DNA of 64,000 nt from assembly GCA_003598025.1 (NCBI GenBank), contig QZKH01000006.1, positions 172,035 through 236,034 of the forward strand. The letters run 5' to 3'. Position numbers and translations under genes: made by a program. This document shows, one piece after another, positions 56,968 through 64,000 of the stretch (position 1 is the first letter of the stretch; every line of letters starts with the position of its first letter). Under the pieces are notes generated by a model. It was not told where the DNA came from and ran no database searches. It was given only the letters and a program-made list of their open reading frames with translations. This DNA comes from Candidatus Omnitrophota bacterium (GTDB lineage Bacteria > Omnitrophota > Gorgyraeia > Gygaellales > Profunditerraquicolaceae).

Positions 56968-58168
56968 AAGAGTAGCCGTAACTGGCTTAGGCGTTGTTTC
57001 GTCTGTTGGGATTGGTAAAGATCATTTTTGGAATTCGATTTCAAATGGAAAAAGCGGGATTACAAGAATAAAATCTTTTGACACCAGCGCTTTTGATTGC
57101 CATTACGGCGGTGAAGTCAAAGGTTTCTCTGTATTTGATTTTCTTGATGATAAAAACGTTGCTTTACTTGGCAGGAACTCTCAATTTGCAATAATTTCTT
57201 CTTTTTTGGCGCTTAAAGATTCCGGCTATAGATTGGATACATTAAAAAGAGAAAAAACGGGTGTAATCCTGGGGACAGTCTTTGGCGAAAAGGGAATGGA
57301 GCATTCTTTAGAGGTGGCAGCGCAAAGAAAACCTGATAAAATTACATACTCTCAGATAGCAAGCTCTTTACCTAATTGTATATCTTCAAATGTGGCAGCG
57401 TATTTTTCTTTATCAGGCAGGAATTCTGTGATCCCTGCTGCATGCGCAGCAGGCAATTATTCAATAAGCCACGCGTTTGATTTAATAAAATCCGGAGATT
57501 TGAATTGTGCCTTAGCCGGAGCTTCGGATTACTTCTCTAAAGCGGCTTTTTATTCATTTAACCGCTTGTATGCAATGGCGCCAAGAAAATGCCAGCCATT
57601 TGATAAAAACAGAAAAGGAATGCTTTTGGGTGAAGGCAGCGCCATCCTGTTTCTGGAGACAGTTGATTCTGCCTTAAAGAGAGGGGCGCATATTTATGCC
57701 GAGATACTTGGGTATGGGCTTTCTTGTGATGCTCGCCATTTAACAGCGCCCAGCCAGCAGGGTATTGAAAAATGTATCGTAAAGGCGCTTCGCTATTCAG
57801 GAATAGGGAACAGGCAGGTAGATTATATCAGCGCCCATGGCACAGGTACTTACTCTAATGACCGGACGGAATGCGCGGCGATCAAGAGGATATTCCCGGG
57901 TTACAAATCTATTCCGGTCAGTTCCATTAAATCAATGCTTGGGCATACATTAGGAGCTGCTTCCAGTATTGAAGCTGTTGCTTGTTGCCTCAGTCTGGAA
58001 AAAGGTATTATCCCGCCGACAATTAATTTCAGGACTACAGATAAGGAGTGCGACGTTGACTGCGTGCCGAATAAAGCGAGAAAGAAGAATATTAAGGTTG
58101 TTTTGAACAACGGATTTGCTTTCGGAGGCAATAATTGTTGCGTAGTTTTTAAAAAATGGGGTAAATGA
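56954..58168 (+). CDS. beta-ketoacyl-ACP synthase (canonical KS-alpha, FabF-like)
   Basis: PAACAAGN (active Cys), HGTGT and KSMLGHTLGAAS (both His) present. 404 aa. Confidence 0.85.
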   Translation: MAQNRRVAVTGLGVVSSVGIGKDHFWNSISNGKSGITRIKSFDTSAFDCHYGGEVKGFSVFDFLDDKNVALLGRNSQFAIISSFLALKDSGYRLDTLKREKTGVILGTVFGEKGMEHSLEVAAQRKPDKITYSQIASSLPNCISSNVAAYFSLSGRNSVIPAACAAGNYSISHAFDLIKSGDLNCALAGASDYFSKAAFYSFNRLYAMAPRKCQPFDKNRKGMLLGEGSAILFLETVDSALKRGAHIYAEILGYGLSCDARHLTAPSQQGIEKCIVKALRYSGIGNRQVDYISAHGTGTYSNDRTECAAIKRIFPGYKSIPVSSIKSMLGHTLGAASSIEAVACCLSLEKGIIPPTINFRTTDKECDVDCVPNKARKKNIKVVLNNGFAFGGNNCCVVFKKWGK

Positions 58169-58171
58169 TCA

Positions 58172-59641
58172 ATGACAGAGTATGATGCGATTATAATCGG
58201 TTCAGGGCTTGGCGGCCTTGGGAGTGCCGCAGTACTGGCAAAAGAAAAAAAGAATGTCCTAGTATTGGAGAAAAACCATTATTTCGGCGGGTATGCTGTT
58301 GTTTTCCAGAGAAAGGGATTTAAGTTTGATTTGTCTTGTCATAGTATTAACAGTTTTAAAGGTGTAACTCCCGATATACTTGACCGATGCGGTATTAAAG
58401 GCAAAATTAACCTGATTAAACCTAAATTCGCCTATCATTCGTTTTTCCCCGGTTATGATTTTACCTGTATGCAGTCCGGGCCAGATATGTTTAAACGAAT
58501 CTTATTTAGCTCTTTTCCCAAAGAAAGGCGTAATATTTCCAAGCTGATTAGTTTAATGTCGAATATCTATTACGGGTTTAAAAACTCATCCGGTCCTGAT
58601 TCAGGGTATATTTCACGTGATCTAATTAAATTTGCTAATTTGACCTGTTCTCAGGTAATCAATAGATTTCTCAAGGATAGAACGTTAAGGAGCATTTTTG
58701 GCCAATTATATTTTTTCTTCGGGTCTTCATTAAAGAAAACATCTTTTCTGAACTTTTGTAACATTTTTTTTGATTATCTTTGCAAAGGTTCATATTTGAT
58801 TGAGGGCGGATCTAATAAACTTGTAGATGAATTAGTAGCAGTTATCAGGAAGAATGGCGGCAGGCTAGTATTGGATTCTGAAGTCACAAAAATAATCATT
58901 GGAAAAAATAATGTAAGCGGGGTTGTTACTAAGGATGGAAAAGAATATCTTTGTAAAGATGTTATTTCCGATATTTCTCCGGATATTGTATTCCGGAAAC
59001 TTATTGACAGGCGCCATTTGGGCGATGGTCTAGATGCGCTTGATTCTTTAGAGCCTTCGATTTCGGCTTTTGCTGTTTTTGTCGGGACAAAATGTGATTA
59101 TAAAAGTTTGTTGCCTTTTGAATTCTTGATGTTTTTAAATACAGGTTCTAGCCTGGATAGGCAATTCCAGGCGGCGTTAAAGTGTGACTTTAAAAATACA
59201 ACCCTAGCCGTAACTTTATTTTCAAATATTGATTCAAGTTATGCCCCTTTAGGTAAATCGAGCCTCTCTATTATCAGCCTTTCCGGATACAATTTCTGGA
59301 AAGGGCTTAAAAACGATGAATATCTCTCAGTTAAAGAAAAGTGTGCGGATATACTGGTAAATAGAGCTAATGATATCCTGCCTGGGTTAACAGATTCCAT
59401 TGAAATAAGGAATATCGCTACGCCATTAACCATGGAAAGATACACAGGTAATTACCGTGGTGCTATATACGGAGCTGCGCGCCATACCCGAAGATTAAAC
59501 ATAGCAAGCCTGTTGCGTGAATCAAAAATTAATAATCTCTACTTTGCCGGGGCCTGGTCTTCGCGCGGTGGAGGATATCTTGGCTCATTGCAATCAGGAG
59601 TTATCGCTGCGGAGTCAGCCTTAGATAGAGGTATGCAATAA
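58172..59641 (+). CDS. FAD-dependent oxidoreductase, phytoene-desaturase (CrtI/amine oxidase) family
   Basis: YDAIIIGSGLGGLGSAAVLA FAD motif, ...EKNHYFGG. 489 aa. Confidence 0.7.
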   Translation: MTEYDAIIIGSGLGGLGSAAVLAKEKKNVLVLEKNHYFGGYAVVFQRKGFKFDLSCHSINSFKGVTPDILDRCGIKGKINLIKPKFAYHSFFPGYDFTCMQSGPDMFKRILFSSFPKERRNISKLISLMSNIYYGFKNSSGPDSGYISRDLIKFANLTCSQVINRFLKDRTLRSIFGQLYFFFGSSLKKTSFLNFCNIFFDYLCKGSYLIEGGSNKLVDELVAVIRKNGGRLVLDSEVTKIIIGKNNVSGVVTKDGKEYLCKDVISDISPDIVFRKLIDRRHLGDGLDALDSLEPSISAFAVFVGTKCDYKSLLPFEFLMFLNTGSSLDRQFQAALKCDFKNTTLAVTLFSNIDSSYAPLGKSSLSIISLSGYNFWKGLKNDEYLSVKEKCADILVNRANDILPGLTDSIEIRNIATPLTMERYTGNYRGAIYGAARHTRRLNIASLLRESKINNLYFAGAWSSRGGGYLGSLQSGVIAAESALDRGMQ

Positions 59642-61104
59642 TGAAGGTAATAATTTCTTATCCGCCCTTACAAGGGAAAGGTTTCCCCATGCTTCGCCAG
59701 GCACGTCAGTTTCAATGGGTCTCTATCCCGTCGCATATTTATCCTATTATATCTGCGTCTGCATTGACGCTTCTTAAAAAAGATGGTTTTGATGCTGTTT
59801 TTAATGATTGCCTTTTAGAGAAATGGCCTGAGCAGAAGTTTTTCGATTTTATCGATCTCCAACAACCCGATGTGATTGCCTTTGAAACTAAAACCCCGGT
59901 AATAAAATCTCACTGGAGGATAATAGACAGGATAAAAGAACGCAATCAGAAAGTTAAGGCCGTGCTTATGGGGGATCATGTGAGTGTTTTTCCCGAGGAA
60001 TCGCTTAATAATTGCAAGGTTGATTATGTGATTACGGGAGGAGATTACGACCTTGGCCTTTTGGGCCTGGCTAAGCACTTAAGAGAAGGGTCTCCTTTTC
60101 CTAAGGGGATATGGTGCAGGCAGGAGGCAGGGCTGTTTAACAGCGGCTCAGCTGAAACGAACGCAGACCTGAACAAACTGCCTTTTATTAATAGAGAGCT
60201 GACTCCGTGGAAGCTTTACGGCGAGAAATGGAAGAGGCGTTACCCGTTTGCCTATACTATGGCAGGCAGGGATTGTCCTTATGGCAGATGCAGTTTTTGT
60301 TCCTGGGCCAATATCTATCCGAATTTCAGGGTAAGAGAACCGGATAATTTTTTAGAGGAGATCGATATCCTTGTGAATAAATATGGCGCCAGGGAGATAT
60401 TTGATGACACAGGGACTTTTCCTCAAGGTGCCTGGCTTGAAAAGTTTTGTAATGGTATGGTCAAAAAAAAGTTTAATAAAAAAATTATTTTTTCTTGCAA
60501 CAGCCGGTTTGATTATTTGACAGAAGATAATGCCAGGCTGATGAAAATGGCTGGTTTCAGGAAATTGAAACTTGGCCTTGAGTCAGCCAGCCAAGAGACT
60601 TTAGACAGGATAAACAAAGGGATAACTATTGAACAGGTAAAAAATGGCTGCAGACTCGCTGCCAAAGTTGGATTAAATGTGCATCTTACGGTTATGTTTG
60701 GTTATCCTTGGGAAAAGAAAAGCGATGTGCTTAGGACGATAAATTTCGTAAGAGGCCTGCTGAATAAAGGCCATATAGAGATGCTGCAATCTACGCTCCT
60801 TGTGCCATATCCGGGGACTGCTTTATTCAATGACGGCTTAGCTAATGGCTGGTTTAGATTTGACCATAGAGAATACGAAAGATACGGTATGCAGGAGGCG
60901 GTCTTTAAAACTATGGATATCTCGAGCGAAGAATTGAAGGTTTTATGCAGGAAAACATATGGCTTATTTTTTTCACCGCCGTACATTCTTAAGAAAATCA
61001 TTAATAAGGATTTTATTGGCAACTTGAATTATTTCATTAAGGGTGCAGTGGCTATGGCTGGCCACTCTATTGATTTTTCCGGTGGTAGAGGCAAAAACAT
61101 ATGA
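59641..61104 (+). CDS. B12-binding domain radical SAM protein (class B), noncanonical CX4CX2C
   Basis: Cobalamin-binding-like N-terminus (AVLMGDHVS...YVITGGDYD). Cluster motif MAGRDCPYGRCSFC. TAATG overlap with upstream gene. Confidence 0.75.
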   Translation: MKVIISYPPLQGKGFPMLRQARQFQWVSIPSHIYPIISASALTLLKKDGFDAVFNDCLLEKWPEQKFFDFIDLQQPDVIAFETKTPVIKSHWRIIDRIKERNQKVKAVLMGDHVSVFPEESLNNCKVDYVITGGDYDLGLLGLAKHLREGSPFPKGIWCRQEAGLFNSGSAETNADLNKLPFINRELTPWKLYGEKWKRRYPFAYTMAGRDCPYGRCSFCSWANIYPNFRVREPDNFLEEIDILVNKYGAREIFDDTGTFPQGAWLEKFCNGMVKKKFNKKIIFSCNSRFDYLTEDNARLMKMAGFRKLKLGLESASQETLDRINKGITIEQVKNGCRLAAKVGLNVHLTVMFGYPWEKKSDVLRTINFVRGLLNKGHIEMLQSTLLVPYPGTALFNDGLANGWFRFDHREYERYGMQEAVFKTMDISSEELKVLCRKTYGLFFSPPYILKKIINKDFIGNLNYFIKGAVAMAGHSIDFSGGRGKNI

Positions 61105-61928
61105 AAAGAATATTACAATTTGCTGCTTTATCAGTAGTATATTTAATAAGTTTCATTATCTACTATTCCGGATTGTTTAAAGTCATAGTTTTTGTCAGAA
61201 AAAAAATACTTAAGAAAACAAGGGTTATCGTCCTTGCTTATCATAGTATTGCCGATTATTCGCCCGTCTACGCAAACAAGAAAGAGTTTATTACGCCTAT
61301 AAGGCAATTCAGAAGGCAGGTATCATACTTGAAAAATAATTTTCATATTGTGCCGTTTGAAGAATTTAAAAGCATTTTACAGAATGGCCGGGTAAATGAA
61401 GATATAGCTGTATTAACATTTGATGATGGGCACCGGGATGTTTTTTCTAACGCACTAAGCATAATATCGGAATTTAAGCTACCGGCAGTTTTTTTCTTAA
61501 CTACCGGATTTATCGGCAGAGAAAACTATCTTACCTGGGAGCAGGTCAATATGATGAGAGCAAGAGGGTTTGAATTCGGCTGTCATACTGTTACTCACCC
61601 TCATTTGGATAGAATAAGCAGTGATATGGTAAAAAGAGAAGTTATGGAATCAAAACTGGAGTTAGAGAAGAGAATCGGCAAAGAGATAAACTATTTTTCT
61701 TACCCCTACGGTGATTATAATGAAAGTGTTGTCAGCATTATTAAAGAATGCGGGTTCAGCGCTGCTGTAACGACCGAAGACTCAAATTGTGATCTATCCA
61801 GTACCGACCTTTTCAGGATAAACAGGAAAACAGTATTAAACAGGCCATTTTGTTTTTTTGTCCTTAAAATTGAAGGTTTATTTGAGGGCGGTTTTTGGGA
61901 ATATATAAGGAAAAAGATATTTTACTAG
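61101..61928 (+). CDS. polysaccharide deacetylase (NodB/CE4 family)
   Basis: FDDGHRD (Asp-Asp, His) and HTVTHPHL metal-binding motifs. N-terminal TM. Confidence 0.85.
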   Translation: MKRILQFAALSVVYLISFIIYYSGLFKVIVFVRKKILKKTRVIVLAYHSIADYSPVYANKKEFITPIRQFRRQVSYLKNNFHIVPFEEFKSILQNGRVNEDIAVLTFDDGHRDVFSNALSIISEFKLPAVFFLTTGFIGRENYLTWEQVNMMRARGFEFGCHTVTHPHLDRISSDMVKREVMESKLELEKRIGKEINYFSYPYGDYNESVVSIIKECGFSAAVTTEDSNCDLSSTDLFRINRKTVLNRPFCFFVLKIEGLFEGGFWEYIRKKIFY

Positions 61929-62674
61929 CTATGGCAGAGGCGATTGACTTTTTTGGAGTTAAAGTTTCTAAGTTCACCAAGCGCACCGCAGCCGATGAGA
62001 TTGTTAATCTTGGGGTAAGCGGCAAAAGCAAATTCATTACTTATCTTAATGCCCATTGTTTTAATTTATTCTGTTCCAATGAGGAGTATAGAAAATATAT
62101 TTTATCAGCTGATTGTATTTATGCAGACGGTCAATCCATAGTATGGGCCTCTAAACTATCGGGAGGACGTTTGCCAGAAAGAATCAATGCCTCAGATTTA
62201 ATCGAAGATATCTGCTTAAAAGCCAGAGCCGGTAACATGAAATTATTTATTTTATGCCATAGCAAAGAGACGTGCGAAAAAACAATAAGTAATTTAACCA
62301 GGGAATTTCCCGGTTTAAAAATCTCAGGTTGCTACGTCTCCGGAGACTCCGGTAGCGAAAATGACTTAGTAAATATAATTAATCAATATAAGCCGGATAT
62401 ATTGATGGTCGGCTTGGGGCCCCCCTACCAGGAAGGTTTTATTTACAGAAACAGAAATAGTCTCAATGTTAATTTATGTTGGGCAGTAGGTGGTTTGTTC
62501 GATTTATTATCGGGAAAATTTAAGAGGGCCCCTTTATGGATCAGAAAGTACGGGCTTGAATGGCTATTCAGGCTGTCCCAAGAACCCAAGAGGCTTTGGC
62601 GTAGGTATCTATTAGGCAATTTTATCTTTATTTTCAATATCATTAAATCCAGTGTTAGAATAAAAGCTTCTTGA
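61895..62674 (+). CDS. WecB/TagA/CpsF family glycosyltransferase (GT26)
   Basis: ~250 aa with conserved central ADG...GL...LCHS...GLGPPYQE pattern of GT26. Confidence 0.75.
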   Translation: MGIYKEKDILLAMAEAIDFFGVKVSKFTKRTAADEIVNLGVSGKSKFITYLNAHCFNLFCSNEEYRKYILSADCIYADGQSIVWASKLSGGRLPERINASDLIEDICLKARAGNMKLFILCHSKETCEKTISNLTREFPGLKISGCYVSGDSGSENDLVNIINQYKPDILMVGLGPPYQEGFIYRNRNSLNVNLCWAVGGLFDLLSGKFKRAPLWIRKYGLEWLFRLSQEPKRLWRRYLLGNFIFIFNIIKSSVRIKAS

Positions 62675-62709
62675 ATGCCTTATTTTTAGCTGCATAATAT
62701 TAAACATAT

Positions 62710-64000
62710 ATGTCATTAAACAACAGCATAAAATTCAGATATATTGTTTTTGCGGTGATTGTATTGTATTTCTTGCCTCTATTTATCCAGATTACAACGC
62801 AGCCAAAGCCGTTTTTAAGATTTTCTTTGCCGTATATTTTCACCCAGTTTGTTGATGAACATCAATATTTTATAATGTTAAACAGCATTTTAAAAGACGG
62901 AGACCTGGATTTAAAGAATAATTACCAGAATATAGCGTTCAACGGTTCTTCAGACGGCGGCATGCTTACCAGGGGCAGAATTGTTGAGAGGAATACATTT
63001 GTAGTCAATAAGCAGGGAATACGTGTTGCAGACGGCAATGACCCGTCTTATTACAGGGATGCTTTTATTAGCGGAGAGCTTAAAGCAGGGAACAACAGCT
63101 ATGAGCTTAGCCAGTTAAAGGAATACTCTCTTAGCTCTCCCGGATTGCCGATTTTGCTATCTTTTCTGCTTTTTCCGTTTAAATCGCTACCCGGCCTGGA
63201 GCCGGCAACAATATTCATCAGTACACTGGTTTCTTTGCTGGGGCTTTTTTTTCTGTTCAGATTATTAAGTTGCTTCACTGAAAACAAAAACGCAGCACTA
63301 TTCATTACCTTGTGTTTTGGGTTAGCTACGCCGGTATGGTATTATGCCGGGGTATTTGGGAAAGAGAGTTTTGTATTCTTTTTGTTAAGCCTGGCTTTAT
63401 ATTTATTATTTTGCAGGAAGCGCTATTTATTGGTCGGTTTGGTGATTGCCCTGGCAGCATATATAAGAAACCCTTTGTTTTTATCATCTTTTTTATTCTT
63501 TGTTTATGAATTAAAGCCCGCAAAGGTCAAGGAAAGGTTGCCGCTGATTATCCCCAGTATCTTGATGCTGCCTGTCGTCATCTTTACCCACAGGTACTAT
63601 TGGTATAATTGTTTTATGGAATTAATAATTTATTTATCAGGCAGCGGGCATTATCTAAAATTATTATTTCCTTTTTTAGCAGTTTCTTTTTTGATATCCA
63701 TGGCGGTATTGTCGGGTTATAGCCCGGTAAGTAAAAGATTGAAAATCTGGTTATACGCGGTATCTTTACCGGCATTCACATCTCTATTGTATATAGCTTT
63801 AAAGAACGCAGGAGTTTTGTTTGGTTTTATGTTTTCTTTGGAATACGGATTGCTTACCTTTACCCCGTTCATCATTTATTCTTTTTTTGGGCTGGCGCTT
63901 ATCTTTAAGAAAGACAAAAGATTATTTAGCTTTATACTGGTCAATACACTGCTGTTATTTCTGTATTACGCAAATTTCTGGGACCGTAGGGAACCCAATC
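62710..64000 (+). CDS. polytopic membrane protein (GT-C/PMT_2-like?), 3'-truncated by window edge
   Basis: ATG at 62710. Frame open to the last base with no stop. About 10 TM helices. Not in the ORF track because no stop codon lies within the window. Confidence 0.4.
   Translation, partial: MSLNNSIKFRYIVFAVIVLYFLPLFIQITTQPKPFLRFSLPYIFTQFVDEHQYFIMLNSILKDGDLDLKNNYQNIAFNGSSDGGMLTRGRIVERNTFVVNKQGIRVADGNDPSYYRDAFISGELKAGNNSYELSQLKEYSLSSPGLPILLSFLLFPFKSLPGLEPATIFISTLVSLLGLFFLFRLLSCFTENKNAALFITLCFGLATPVWYYAGVFGKESFVFFLLSLALYLLFCRKRYLLVGLVIALAAYIRNPLFLSSFLFFVYELKPAKVKERLPLIIPSILMLPVVIFTHRYYWYNCFMELIIYLSGSGHYLKLLFPFLAVSFLISMAVLSGYSPVSKRLKIWLYAVSLPAFTSLLYIALKNAGVLFGFMFSLEYGLLTFTPFIIYSFFGLALIFKKDKRLFSFILVNTLLLFLYYANFWDRREPN

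Noticed and set aside
63312-63523. Small ORFs on both strands near the window end
   Set aside because: They lie inside the long open frame 62710..64000 encoding a polytopic membrane protein, so they are artefacts.
1-64000. Scan for CRISPR arrays, rRNA, tRNA and transposase/integrase genes
   Set aside because: No regularly spaced direct repeats, no rRNA-like conserved blocks, no tRNA-like GTTCGA/T-loop motifs in intergenic gaps, and no transposase-like ORFs were seen. Intergenic space is small throughout.

Overview
This is a gene-dense, mostly plus-strand window from a low-GC bacterium with many Shine-Dalgarno-led genes. Reading 5' to 3': a truncated ACR3/BASS-family transporter; a lipid-modification module (two B12-binding radical SAM enzymes, a phosphatidylserine-decarboxylase-like protein, a GT-C membrane glycosyltransferase, a Dpm1-like GT2); two paralogous PAS histidine kinases with GGDEF-like C-termini, one also carrying a PilZ domain; a type IV pilus locus (two CheY receivers, PilB, PilC, five pilin-like genes, PilM-PilN fusion, PilO, PilP-like); a carotenoid island (GGPP synthase, UbiA prenyltransferase, CrtI, IspH, CrtB, split lycopene-cyclase-domain pair) that may make a C50-type pigment; a Wza/Wzc/Wzy-like export set followed by about 20 kb of glycosyltransferases (three GT9 heptosyltransferase-like, several GT2/GT4, a TagF/KpsS-like protein, two GNAT paralogs, a SPASM radical SAM); and a tightly coupled operon that looks like a type II PKS/aryl-polyene-like lipid pathway (FabG-like KR, KS/CLF pair with Cys->Gln, ACP, FabZ-like DH, phytoene-desaturase-family oxidoreductase, B12-radical SAM, polysaccharide deacetylase, GT26, GT-C-like membrane protein). 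I judge that last operon the most novel candidate system. A dispersed family of GTTCAT-based palindromic intergenic elements occurs at three loci. No rRNA, tRNA or CRISPR was recognised. All functional calls rest on motifs read by eye; no database search was possible.
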